Below, in pieces: positions 14,198 to 25,509 of a stretch of 32,000 nt of DNA. The notes beneath the pieces were generated by a model. That model was not told the origin of the DNA. It did no database searches and was given only the letters and a program-made list of their open reading frames with translations. Position numbers and translations under genes: made by a program. Numbering within the stretch: position 1 is the stretch's first letter; the number at the start of each line of letters is the position of its first letter. The stretch is from an uncultured Propionivibrio sp. (GTDB lineage: Bacteria > Pseudomonadota > Gammaproteobacteria > Burkholderiales > Rhodocyclaceae): positions 237,585 to 269,584 of the forward strand of contig CAZLXL010000003.1 of assembly GCA_964563685.1 (NCBI GenBank). Direction: 5' to 3'.

Positions 14198-14274
14198 TGG
14201 CGCGCCCGAGACGATTCGAACGTCCGACCCCTGCCTTCGGAGGGCAGTACTCTATCCAGCTGAGCTACGGGCGC
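14198..14274 (-). tRNA. tRNA-Arg (anticodon CCG), 77 nt with encoded CCA
   Basis: The reverse complement reads GCGCCCGTAGCTCAGCTGGATAGAGTACTGCCCTCCGAAGGCAGGGGTCGGACGTTCGAATCGTCTCGGGCGCGCCA. The cloverleaf is foldable by eye, with anticodon loop CUCCGAA. Very similar to E. coli tRNA-Arg(CCG). Confidence 0.95.
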
Positions 14275-14341
14275 GTTGAGGGTGGCAAGCATAGCGGTTT
14301 TGCCCGCCGGAGTCCATCATGCGGTGCTGTCGTGTGGTGAT

Positions 14342-15226
14342 TTACTGCTTCGACCGCCGGCTGCGTGCAGTCTCCAGATGCCGGCAAAGTTGCTCGGCGC
14401 CGTCGAGCAGACGGGGGGTGTGGCGCTGAATCAGCTCCGGCGGCACGAAAAAGAGATTGTTGCGCGCGACGGCCTGGATAGTCGGCCAGCGCTGCCAGTC
14501 ATCGAGCCAGTCCGGCCTGGCTTCGCCCATGCCGCTGGCGACAATGGCTTCAGGGGACGCGGCTATCACGGCTTCGACAGTGACCACCGGCGCCAGCGAT
14601 TCGAGCGTTCCGAAAACATTTTCGCCGCCGCACAGCCGGATCACGCTGGTGATGATCTGTTTGCTGCCGATAGTCGACAGCGGTTGTTTCCAGATCTGGT
14701 AGAAGGTCCGGACGACAGGCTTCTGCGCGTAACGTTTCTCCAGGGCGGCAAGGCGTTTGCGGAAAACCTTCGCCGTTGCCCGGGCTTCCTTGTCGGTTCC
14801 CGCCAGACGCCCGATGCGTTCGATTTCGCTGGCGACGTCCTCGATGCGATTGGGCTGCGAGATGTAGATCGGAAATCCGAACCCGCGCAGTTTTTCGACA
14901 TGCGCCGCTGCATTGCCGCTGAGCCAGGCAATGATCAGATCGGGTTTGAGTGCGGCGATGGCTTCAAGGTCGAGGCGTGAATAGCCGCCGACCCGCGTGA
15001 CTTTCTTTGCCGCCTCGGGGAAGTCGCTGTATTCGACGGTGCCCACGAGTTTGTCGCCGGCGCCCGCGGCGAAGAGGGTTTCCACCAGATGCGGCGCCAG
15101 TGTGACGATGCGGCGGGCCGGCTGCTCCAGGCGGACGCGTGCGCCGGTATCGTCGATCACGCTGACTTCCGCCGCAGTCAGCGCGGCTGGGAATAACAAG
15201 GTCAGGGCCATCAGGATTCTGCTCAT
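14342..15226 (-). CDS. btuF: periplasmic cobalamin-binding protein (BtuF-like ABC substrate-binding protein)
   Basis: Signal peptide MSRILMALTLLFPAALTA. RIVTLAPHLVETLFAAGAGDKLVG...LKPDLIIAW is typical of class III binding proteins / BtuF. Sits in the cob gene context. ATGA overlap with the upstream gene. Confidence 0.75.
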   Translation of the reverse strand: MSRILMALTLLFPAALTAAEVSVIDDTGARVRLEQPARRIVTLAPHLVETLFAAGAGDKLVGTVEYSDFPEAAKKVTRVGGYSRLDLEAIAALKPDLIIAWLSGNAAAHVEKLRGFGFPIYISQPNRIEDVASEIERIGRLAGTDKEARATAKVFRKRLAALEKRYAQKPVVRTFYQIWKQPLSTIGSKQIITSVIRLCGGENVFGTLESLAPVVTVEAVIAASPEAIVASGMGEARPDWLDDWQRWPTIQAVARNNLFFVPPELIQRHTPRLLDGAEQLCRHLETARSRRSKQ

Positions 15227-16221
15227 GTGTTCTTCCAGTCGGTGATGACGGCCGCCAGGCGTTGCCACTGCACTTCACTGCCGGGCAGACCGAAACGCAG
15301 CAGGCCGTGGGTGTCGAAGCGCCGGATCAACAGCCCGCGCCGCGCGAAATGCTCAGCCAGTGCTGCGGCGATTTGGGGGTGGTTGCCGGTGTCGACACTG
15401 CAGAAAAGCGCGGTGCGGGACACGGAACCCAGCGGAGCGAGCAGGCCGGCCAGCCGTTGCGAATGCGCGGCCAGTTTTTTCCGTGCAGCGGCCTGCCAGG
15501 CATGATCTTCCAGCGCCCGGCGCGCCACGTGACGCGCGGGGTGGGAAACTGCCCACGGCCCGAGCATTTCGCGCAGCGGTTCGAGCTTCTCCGGAGCGGC
15601 GAAGATGAAGCCGACGCGCGCACCGGCCAGTCCGAAAAATTTGCCCAGCGAGCGCAGCACGATCAGGTTCGGTGCCTGTTCGCTTCCGGCCAGATGGGCG
15701 ACCGTGTTCTCCGGCTCCGCATCGGCGAAGGCTTCGTCGACGATCAGCCAGCCTCCTCGTTGCCGAAGTTGGGCAGCAGCGTCGAGCAGTTCCTGACGGG
15801 GGAGTTGACGGGCGGTCGGGTTGTTCGGGTTGCACAACAGCACGAGCGGGGTAACGACGCTTACGGCGCGTTGCAGCGAAGGCAGGCGGCGCAGTTTGTG
15901 CCCGGCCTTTTCCCAGGCATGCGGATGTTCCTCGTACAACGGCGAAACGCAGGCTACGACGACGGGCTTGAACAGGAAGGGCAGCGACTGGATGGCCGCC
16001 TGCGATCCGGGCAGGGCCAGCAGGCGGTGGTTGCCGTAGTATGCGGCGGCGGCGGCTTCGAGCCCGTCGTTGTCTTCCGGCAGGCGTTGCCAGCACAAGG
16101 GATCGATCGGCGGGATGGGGTAGGTGCCCGGATTGATCCCGGTGGACAGGTCAACCCAGTCGCTGAGCGGAATGCCATAGTCCTGTGCGGCCTGCCGCAG
16201 GCGTCCGCCATGTTCAAGCAC
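15223..16221 (-). CDS. cobD: L-threonine-O-3-phosphate decarboxylase (CobD in Salmonella nomenclature; CobC in Pseudomonas)
   Basis: [31 protein letters not shown] is the characteristic N-terminus. Aminotransferase class I/II fold. GTG start with an 8-nt overlap with cbiB. Confidence 0.8.
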   Translation of the reverse strand: MLEHGGRLRQAAQDYGIPLSDWVDLSTGINPGTYPIPPIDPLCWQRLPEDNDGLEAAAAAYYGNHRLLALPGSQAAIQSLPFLFKPVVVACVSPLYEEHPHAWEKAGHKLRRLPSLQRAVSVVTPLVLLCNPNNPTARQLPRQELLDAAAQLRQRGGWLIVDEAFADAEPENTVAHLAGSEQAPNLIVLRSLGKFFGLAGARVGFIFAAPEKLEPLREMLGPWAVSHPARHVARRALEDHAWQAAARKKLAAHSQRLAGLLAPLGSVSRTALFCSVDTGNHPQIAAALAEHFARRGLLIRRFDTHGLLRFGLPGSEVQWQRLAAVITDWKNT

Positions 16222-17188
16222 CGAAGGCCCCCATCATTCCGATTGCGACAAAGACTGTCAGCCACAGAGCGATGCTGCGTCGTACCAGGGCCAGTGCCCG
16301 CCGGATGTCGGGTCCGCTGGCCGGACGGCCTGCACCGAGTATCGGGCGTTCCTCGATCTGTCCGTGGTAAATGGCCGCGCCGCCGAGCGCGAGGCCGAGG
16401 CTACCCGCGCCGGCCGACATCACCGGTCCCGCGTTCGGGCTTTCCCAGCGCGGTGCCTGGCTGCGCCAGCAGGCCAGTGCCGTGCGGGTACGGCCAAAGA
16501 AGGCGTAGGACAGGGCGGTCAGGCGTGCGGGAATGTAGTTGAGCAGGTCGTCGAGGCGTGCGGCCGCCCAGCCGAAATGCAGGAAGCGTGGAGTCTTGTA
16601 GCCCCACATGGCGTCCAGGGTGTTGGACATGCGGAAGAGCACGGCGCCGACGCCGCCAAGCAAGGCGAACCAGAACAGCGCGCCAAATATTGCGTCGTTG
16701 CCGTTCTCCAGCGTCGACTCGACGCAGGCCTTGGCCACGCCCGACTCGTCGAGTTCGGCGGTGTTGCGCGAGACGATCCAGCCGACGTGCTTGCGCGCGG
16801 CGGGCAGGTCATGCATCTCCAAGTCCGCTGCGACGCGTTCCGCGTGTTCCGCCAGGCTGCGTCCGCCCAGCGCCAGGTAGAGCAGCGCGACATCGATCAG
16901 CCAGCCGAAAAAGCTTTCCTGCCGGCCCCACCAAACCAGAGCGGTCCACGGCAGAACGATCAACGCCCAAGCGAGGACGCCGCGGGCGCGGCGAGTGTGC
17001 CCCCGGTTGAGTGCGCGCTCGATCGCGTTGGCCAGCCACCCGAAACCAACCAGAGGATGCCAGCGGCGCGTTTCGCCGAGCAACCGATCGAGCACCACGC
17101 CGGCCACGGCAGCCGATGGCAGCCACAAAGCGGCAGGAAGCGCCCAATCAAACAACGCAAACAACGCGGGAGAAAACGGATGAGACAT
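16214..17188 (-). CDS. cbiB: adenosylcobinamide-phosphate synthase (CbiB; CobD in Pseudomonas nomenclature)
   Basis: Polytopic membrane protein. [20 protein letters not shown] and [11 protein letters not shown] are CbiB hallmarks. Start taken at ATG 17188 ([10 protein letters not shown]). Confidence 0.85.
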   Translation of the reverse strand: MSHPFSPALFALFDWALPAALWLPSAAVAGVVLDRLLGETRRWHPLVGFGWLANAIERALNRGHTRRARGVLAWALIVLPWTALVWWGRQESFFGWLIDVALLYLALGGRSLAEHAERVAADLEMHDLPAARKHVGWIVSRNTAELDESGVAKACVESTLENGNDAIFGALFWFALLGGVGAVLFRMSNTLDAMWGYKTPRFLHFGWAAARLDDLLNYIPARLTALSYAFFGRTRTALACWRSQAPRWESPNAGPVMSAGAGSLGLALGGAAIYHGQIEERPILGAGRPASGPDIRRALALVRRSIALWLTVFVAIGMMGAFGA

Positions 17189-17231
17189 GAGAAAATCGCG
17201 GGCTACGCAGCCAGGAACTCGCAATTTTACG

Positions 17232-18746
17232 ATGAATATGCCGAACACCCCCAGCAAAACGCCTTCCCTGATGGTTCAGGGCTGTACTTCGGATGCCGGA
17301 AAATCGGTTCTGGTCGCCGCGCTCTGCCGCGTGCTGGCGCGGCGCGGGGCGCATGTGGCCCCCTTCAAGCCGCAGAACATGGCGCTCAATTCGGCGGTCA
17401 CCGTGGATGGCGGCGAAATCGGCCGTGCTCAAGCGCTGCAGGCGCAGGCCGCGGGCGTTCCCGCGCACATCGATTTCAATCCGATCCTGCTCAAACCGTC
17501 GACCGACAAGCAGGCGCAGGTGATCATCCACGGCAAGGCGCACGCCGATCTCAACGCCCGCGATTACCACGAGTACAAGCCGCGTGCGATGAAGGCCGTG
17601 CTCGAATCATGGAAACGCCTGTGCGCCGCTTACGATTGCGTGGTCATCGAGGGCGCCGGCAGCCCCGCGGAAATCAACCTGCGCGCCCGTGACATTGCCA
17701 ACATGGGGTTTGCCGAGGTAGTTGATTGTCCGGTGATCCTGATCGCCGACATCGATCGGGGCGGCGTTTTTGCGCATCTGGTCGGCACGCTGGAACTGCT
17801 GTCGCCGAGCGAGCAGGCCCGGATCAAGGGCTTCGTCATCAATCGCTTCCGTGGTGATATCGGCCTGCTCGAACCCGGGTTGCGCTGGCTGGAGGAACGC
17901 ACCGGAAAACCGGTGTTCGGCGTCTTGCCTTATCTGCACGGGCTTTACCTCGATGCGGAAGATGCCTTGCCGCGTGGGCGCGAGGAAAAGGAAGCGGCCG
18001 CACTGCGCGTCGTCGCGCCGGCTTATCCGCGGATTTCAAATCACAACGATCTCGATCCGCTGCGCTTCCATCCGGACGTCGATTTCCGTTTCGTCGGTTC
18101 GCACGATGCCGTGCCGCCCTGCGACCTGATCGTATTGCCAGGCTCCAAGTCCGTGCAAGCCGACCTGGCCTGGTTGCGGGAAATGGGCTGGGAAGACGCG
18201 ATCCGTCGCCATCTGCGCTACGGCGGGAAACTGATCGGCATTTGCGGCGGCCTGCAGATGCTCGGTCGGCAACTGCATGACCCGCTCGGTCTCGAAGGCG
18301 CAAAGGGCAGCATTCCGGGTTTGGGATTGCTCGATTACGAAACGACGCTGGAAACGGAAAAGACACTGGAAAACGTGAGCGGGACACTGATCCTGCCGGG
18401 GGCGCCCAAGGTCGCCGGTTACCGTATTCACATGGGCGTGACGCACGGTCCGGCATTGCAGCGTCCGTTGACCCGGTTGGGCGAAGAGCCTGAGGGCGCG
18501 GTTTCGGAAGACGGGCAGATTCTGGCGACTTACTGTCATGGATTGTTCGACCAGCCCGAAGCGCTTGCTGCGCTGCTGGAATGGGCCGGACATCATCCGA
18601 CAGCCAGCTTTGACCCCAACGCGCGACGGGAGCGCGATCTCGACCGGCTGGCCGATGCCGTCGAACAACACATGGACCTGGCGCGGCTCGCCGAATGGCT
18701 GCCGGCCCTCGATAATTCAAAATTTTTCAGGGAGTTCAACAAATGA
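17232..18746 (+). CDS. cobQ: cobyric acid synthase
   Basis: [14 protein letters not shown]-loop. GATase domain with [10 protein letters not shown] and YCHGLF. The start is uncertain: ATG at 17187, 17232, 17238 or 17271, none with a good Shine-Dalgarno. Confidence 0.85.
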   Translation: MNMPNTPSKTPSLMVQGCTSDAGKSVLVAALCRVLARRGAHVAPFKPQNMALNSAVTVDGGEIGRAQALQAQAAGVPAHIDFNPILLKPSTDKQAQVIIHGKAHADLNARDYHEYKPRAMKAVLESWKRLCAAYDCVVIEGAGSPAEINLRARDIANMGFAEVVDCPVILIADIDRGGVFAHLVGTLELLSPSEQARIKGFVINRFRGDIGLLEPGLRWLEERTGKPVFGVLPYLHGLYLDAEDALPRGREEKEAAALRVVAPAYPRISNHNDLDPLRFHPDVDFRFVGSHDAVPPCDLIVLPGSKSVQADLAWLREMGWEDAIRRHLRYGGKLIGICGGLQMLGRQLHDPLGLEGAKGSIPGLGLLDYETTLETEKTLENVSGTLILPGAPKVAGYRIHMGVTHGPALQRPLTRLGEEPEGAVSEDGQILATYCHGLFDQPEALAALLEWAGHHPTASFDPNARRERDLDRLADAVEQHMDLARLAEWLPALDNSKFFREFNK

Positions 18747-18907
18747 AAAGCCGATTCAACGGATTGCTGCTGATTGTCGCCGGCGGTCTGGCGCTGGCCT
18801 ACAACCTTGGTTACCTGAACGTCAATCTGATGCACCTGTTCCGCGTCTGGTGGCCGGTGATTCCGATTGCCATCGGGATTGGCTACTTTTTCTCATCGAG
18901 CCGCTGA
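18743..18907 (+). CDS. small two-helix membrane protein (54 aa)
   Basis: ATGA overlap with the cobQ stop. GGGAG Shine-Dalgarno 8 nt upstream. Sequence [54 protein letters not shown]. Below the 60-aa track cutoff. Confidence 0.55.
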   Translation: MKSRFNGLLLIVAGGLALAYNLGYLNVNLMHLFRVWWPVIPIAIGIGYFFSSSR

Positions 18908-18921
18908 TCCGGACCAGAAAA

Positions 18922-19899
18922 TTACCGCGATTGGCCTTCCGCAACCGGTCCGGTTGTGAGCGCGCCGGATTCGACGCCCAGACAATCGCAGGTTTGTCGA
19001 TAGATGTCGCCGATCACTTTGGCGTATTCGTCCCAGGCCAGACCGTCAACGCTTAGTGTTTTCTGCAGCGTACAGCCGTCAACCGCGCCCGCCGAAACAA
19101 GCGCTTCGAGCACGGCGTGCTCATGGGCAGGTGGACGCAGCAGGAGCTTGCCTGTGAGCAGGGAAAGCGCGCCGGTCAGCGCATAAGCGCCCCAGTTGGA
19201 AATGCCTGCTGGTATGACATGATCCGCCGGCGTGGCGCAGAAAATCAGCTCGCCCTGGCTGATCCGGTCCTTCAGGCTGTCGCGCAGGCTACCCATGCCC
19301 AGCTCATTGCCTCCGTCGCCAATGGCAAGGGTGAGGTACTGGCGCTGTCCTTGCAGTTTGAACAGGCGGTCGGCTGCGGCCACCAGAGTGTCGAGTATTT
19401 CGCCGCGCATTGAATAGCAATGTCCGTCCGCTGCGCTGCCCGGGCGCTCGATCGCTACGACGTGAGTGGGTGAGAACGCTGCGAGGAGCGAATCAATCTC
19501 CGCGTCGGCATTGGCCTGCGGCAGGCTCAGACTGCGCACGGGAATTTCATTTCCTGAGACGGCGTTTGCGGCCTTCAGCAGTGGAACACTGAAATCGTCG
19601 GTCAGGAGCAGGACTTTCTTTCCCAGGTGAATGAGCGCGCAGGCGAGTGCCAGGGCCCCTGGAGGGCCATCCGTTTCTCCGATCAGTGCAGCGCGGATGC
19701 AGAATCCGGTAACGATGATGACGCGTTCGCTGGCCAGCAGTTCACTGGCCGCTGGGTAGAGCATGCCGGTCCCGGCGTGTGCGGCCAGACCTCGCCCTCC
19801 CGGGTCGCGGCGGGAGATCAGTTCAAGGGTGTTGATGGCGTCTTGCAGGGTCCGGTCATGCACGATTTGACTGCTCTCTTTTCTGCGACAAATCAGCAC
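18922..19899 (-). CDS. DUF4392 / D-glutamate cyclase-like protein
   Basis: VIIVTGFCIRAALIGETDGPPGALALA matches my recollection of the DUF4392 signature. GTG start at 19899, with an alternative GTG at 19863. Confidence 0.55.
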   Translation of the reverse strand: MLICRRKESSQIVHDRTLQDAINTLELISRRDPGGRGLAAHAGTGMLYPAASELLASERVIIVTGFCIRAALIGETDGPPGALALACALIHLGKKVLLLTDDFSVPLLKAANAVSGNEIPVRSLSLPQANADAEIDSLLAAFSPTHVVAIERPGSAADGHCYSMRGEILDTLVAAADRLFKLQGQRQYLTLAIGDGGNELGMGSLRDSLKDRISQGELIFCATPADHVIPAGISNWGAYALTGALSLLTGKLLLRPPAHEHAVLEALVSAGAVDGCTLQKTLSVDGLAWDEYAKVIGDIYRQTCDCLGVESGALTTGPVAEGQSR

Positions 19900-20313
19900 C
19901 GGACTCTAGCACGACTGGTGCCGTCAAGGCTTGCCCGGAAATAGGGCGAGGCAGAGGAGTGGTGCACCAAAGCGGTGATTGTTTTCGTGGCAAATATCAG
20001 CTTGCCGATGCCGAGCCCTGCCAAAACAACGCGTTGGATGAGGGTTTCAATGAAGATGATTTCTGGCACGCAAACTGCTGATACTTGGACGCTCGCTGCT
20101 TGACCGTGACGGCCATTTCACATTTGAAATAATTGACAACGAAGGCAGGCAGAAAAATTGTTTTTACGCTAACCTAGAAAACGTATCTCTTGAGTTTTTG
20201 TTGTGTTCATGTAGGTGAAAGCTGTCCCGTAACAAAACAAGAAGTGGGAAGTTCATTCTGTCCGGCCATGTCCGGAATCATTGGCATATCAGCAAATAAC
20301 TGGAGGTGAAAAA

Positions 20314-21282
20314 GTGAGAAAGCTAACTGTAATTGCCGCTGCCGTTGCTCTTGGTGCGACGCTCGCCAGCCCTGTAGCCGTAGCGCAACAGAAATTCGTC
20401 ACCATCGGAACCGGTGGCGTGACCGGCGTTTATTACGCGGCGGGCGGCGCCATCTGCCGGCTGATGAACAAGGAACGCGCCAAGCATGGCATCCGTTGTT
20501 CGGTGGAAAGCACGGCGGCGTCCGTGTACAACGTGAACACGATCAAGGCGGGAGAGCTTGATTTCGGCGTGGCGCAGTCGGACGTTCAGTTCAACGCAGT
20601 CAAGGGGCTGGCCCAGTTCAAGGAGGGCGGGCCGCATACCGATCTGCGCGCGGTTTTCTCCGTGTATCCCGAACCTCTGACGGTGGTTGCGCGCAAGGAA
20701 GCCGGTGTCAAGAAATTCGAGGACTTCAAGGGCAAGCGCTTCAACGTGGGCAACCCGGGGTCGGGAACTCGCGCTACGCTTGACATACTGTTGCCCGCGC
20801 TGGGCATGAAGTTCAGCGAATTTTCCCTGACCTCCGAACTCAAGCCGGACGAACATGGCGCTGCCCTGTGCGACAACAAGATCGATGGATTCGCTTATGT
20901 CGTCGGCAGTCCGGCAGCGAATATTCAGGATCCGACAACCACCTGTGGCGCCAAACTCGTTCCCATCACCGGCCCGGCTGTCGACAATCTGGTCAAGCAA
21001 TACCCGTATTTTGCGCACGCAACGATTCCGGGCGGCATGTACCCCGGAAACCCCGATGCGACGAAGACTTTTGGTGTGACGGCCAGCTTCGTGACCTCGG
21101 CCAAGGTGCCTGAAGCCGTGGTGTACGCGATGGTCTCGGCGGTGTTCGATAATTTCGAAGAGTTCAAGAAACTTCACCCTGCATTCGCCAGCCTTGATCC
21201 AAAGGACATGATCTCGAGCGGCATGTCGGCACCGCTGCATCCTGGCGCAGTCAAGTACTACAAGGAAAAAGGCTGGATGTAA
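20314..21282 (+). CDS. TAXI-family TRAP transporter solute-binding protein
   Basis: [23 protein letters not shown] and [13 protein letters not shown] are typical TAXI motifs. Signal peptide [31 protein letters not shown] Shine-Dalgarno before GTG 20314. Confidence 0.85.
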   Translation: MRKLTVIAAAVALGATLASPVAVAQQKFVTIGTGGVTGVYYAAGGAICRLMNKERAKHGIRCSVESTAASVYNVNTIKAGELDFGVAQSDVQFNAVKGLAQFKEGGPHTDLRAVFSVYPEPLTVVARKEAGVKKFEDFKGKRFNVGNPGSGTRATLDILLPALGMKFSEFSLTSELKPDEHGAALCDNKIDGFAYVVGSPAANIQDPTTTCGAKLVPITGPAVDNLVKQYPYFAHATIPGGMYPGNPDATKTFGVTASFVTSAKVPEAVVYAMVSAVFDNFEEFKKLHPAFASLDPKDMISSGMSAPLHPGAVKYYKEKGWM

Positions 21283-21322
21283 CAAGCGCGACAGGATGAA
21301 TCGTCTTGTTAACTGATCCACG

Positions 21323-21345
21323 GACGGCTCCATCACGGAGCCGTC
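21323..21345 (+). terminator. intercistronic stem-loop between binding-protein and permease genes (attenuator/stabiliser candidate)
   Basis: gacggctcc-atcac-ggagccgtc is a 9-bp perfect stem. Only TT follows it. Confidence 0.4.
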
Positions 21346-21381
21346 TTGCTTGCGTCCGGAATTCATACATTGGGGTGGTCT

Positions 21382-23973
<2,592 letters not shown>

Positions 23974-23993
23974 CGCGTTTTTGATCCGCAAGG

Positions 23994-24022
23994 ACGCTGC
24001 CTCCGGGCAGCGTTTTTTTTTT
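23994..24022 (+). terminator. rho-independent terminator
   Basis: acgctgcc-tccg-ggcagcgt followed by ten T residues. Confidence 0.85.
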
Positions 24023-24099
24023 GCTTCAAGGTGGTGTGTTGGGGCAAAAAAAATTACGATGAGCGCAGTTCGTGTTTCAGTGCAGGAAGGACGTTGGCG

Positions 24100-25509
24100 A
24101 TGCGAGAAGATGACGGCAGCTATATTCTGGTCGATCAGCTCAGAGTCGGGTTGTACGTTCACCTGGACCTGAAGTGGTTCGAGCATCCATTTGCCTTCAA
24201 CAATTTCAAGATCAAGGATGAAGAGCAGATCCAGGTCATCAGAAGCCTGGGCTTGAAGAAGGTGCGTTATGACCCGGCACGCAGCGAGGCCAAGCCGCAA
24301 CAGGTAGCGGCGAAGTCGTCGCAGGTGCAGGCAGGCGGAGTGCCAGCGCAGGCGGGGCGGACCGGAGGAGGGCCAGCACAGCCTGCTGCGCAAGGGGAAA
24401 TGGAAACGTCCACGGCGGAGAATTCGCAAGCGCAGCCAGCAGGAACGGGCGAGACGGAGGCAGCGAAACCGGTGCTCAAGGAGCACCCGGCACTGGCCGC
24501 GAAGCGTGCACTGATTGAAAAGATCAAGATACAGCGTGAAGCGGCGGCGCGCATTGAACACGCCTTTGTCGATACGGCCAAGACGATCCACAACGTTGAG
24601 AAGAATCTGCTGACCAACCCGAAGGAAACGGTGCAGCAGGCCAGTCAACTGGTCGAGCAGATTGCCGATTCGATCCTCAGCGCGCCCGATCTGGCGATTC
24701 ACGTGATGGGCGACAAGATCGGTAGCGAGGAGCTGTATTTCCATTCGCTCAATGTCACCATGCTTTCGCTGATGATGGCGCGCGATATCAAGTTGCCGCA
24801 GGAAGTCGTGCAGGCGCTGGGCATGGGGGCGCTGTTCCACGATGTCGGACTGCGCGAGATTCCGGACAAGATTCTGATGAAAAGCGAGCCGCTGACTCAT
24901 GCGGAGCAGAATTACTACGAGCTTCACTGTGCGTACGGCGTGGAGATCGGGAAGAAACTCGGATTTCCTCCGGCGACCCTGGCGGTCATCCACGAACATC
25001 ACGAATTCAACGATGGCAGCGGCTATCCGCAAAAACTCGCCGGCGAGTCCGTCAGCCTGCTTGCACGCATCGTGGCGATTGCCAACTTTTACGATGAGTT
25101 GTGCAATCCGCATGACATTGCGAAGGCGCTCACTCCGCACGAGGCGCTGGCGACAATGTTCGCCAAGCTGCGCACGAAATTCGATTCGAAGCTGCTGCAG
25201 GTCTTTGTCCGCTGTCTGGGAGTCTATCCCCCGGGTACCATCGTGCAGCTTTCCAACGGGGTGATCGGCATGGTGGCTACCATCAATACCGCCCGGCCGA
25301 TGAAGCCGACCGTCGTGGTCTACGATGCAGAGATTCCCAAGGACGAAGCCATCCTGGTCGATATGGAAAGCGAGGCGGACGTGAATATCGTCAAGGCCAT
25401 CCGGCCGGCTCAATTGCCAAGGGAAATCTACAATTATCTGAGTCCGCGCAAGCAGGTCAGCTATTACTTTGATGCCGGCAAGCCGGCGACCGAACGGATT
25501 CAGGCATGA
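24100..25509 (+). CDS. HD-GYP domain c-di-GMP phosphodiesterase-type protein
   Basis: LFHDVGL (HD) and HHEFNDGSGYP (GYP). N-terminal YILVDQLRVGLYVHLDLKWFEHPF domain and a low-complexity linker. AGGAAGGA Shine-Dalgarno before ATG 24100. Confidence 0.85.
   Translation: MREDDGSYILVDQLRVGLYVHLDLKWFEHPFAFNNFKIKDEEQIQVIRSLGLKKVRYDPARSEAKPQQVAAKSSQVQAGGVPAQAGRTGGGPAQPAAQGEMETSTAENSQAQPAGTGETEAAKPVLKEHPALAAKRALIEKIKIQREAAARIEHAFVDTAKTIHNVEKNLLTNPKETVQQASQLVEQIADSILSAPDLAIHVMGDKIGSEELYFHSLNVTMLSLMMARDIKLPQEVVQALGMGALFHDVGLREIPDKILMKSEPLTHAEQNYYELHCAYGVEIGKKLGFPPATLAVIHEHHEFNDGSGYPQKLAGESVSLLARIVAIANFYDELCNPHDIAKALTPHEALATMFAKLRTKFDSKLLQVFVRCLGVYPPGTIVQLSNGVIGMVATINTARPMKPTVVVYDAEIPKDEAILVDMESEADVNIVKAIRPAQLPREIYNYLSPRKQVSYYFDAGKPATERIQA

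Larger units (their letters stand above)
3891..14242. mobile_element. tRNA-Arg-integrated genomic island A (~10.3 kb), bounded by 45-bp direct repeats
   Basis: Exact 45-bp direct repeats at both ends, with an integrase (12631-13992) next to the intact tRNA. G+C is lower than the flanking cob genes. Cargo includes restriction-modification, Rep-like and recombinase genes. Confidence 0.8.

Noticed and set aside
15262-17692. Long plus-strand ORFs (426 aa and 442 aa) over cobD and cbiB. Similar antisense ORFs lie at 17839-18720, 20323-21657 and 26709-27851.
   Set aside because: All run antisense to genes with strong family signatures. All have Arg/Pro/Gly-rich, low-complexity translations typical of GC-rich shadow frames.
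20282-20294. A sigma-54-like TGGCAT...GCAA motif upstream of the TAXI gene.
   Set aside because: The GG-to-GC spacing is 9 nt rather than the required 12, and the motif overlaps the probable 5' UTR and ribosome-binding-site region.
14275-20313. A cobalamin riboswitch controlling the cob or btuF genes.
   Set aside because: No B12-box-like sequence or sufficiently long leader was seen by eye. This is absence of evidence only, and a covariance-model scan is needed.
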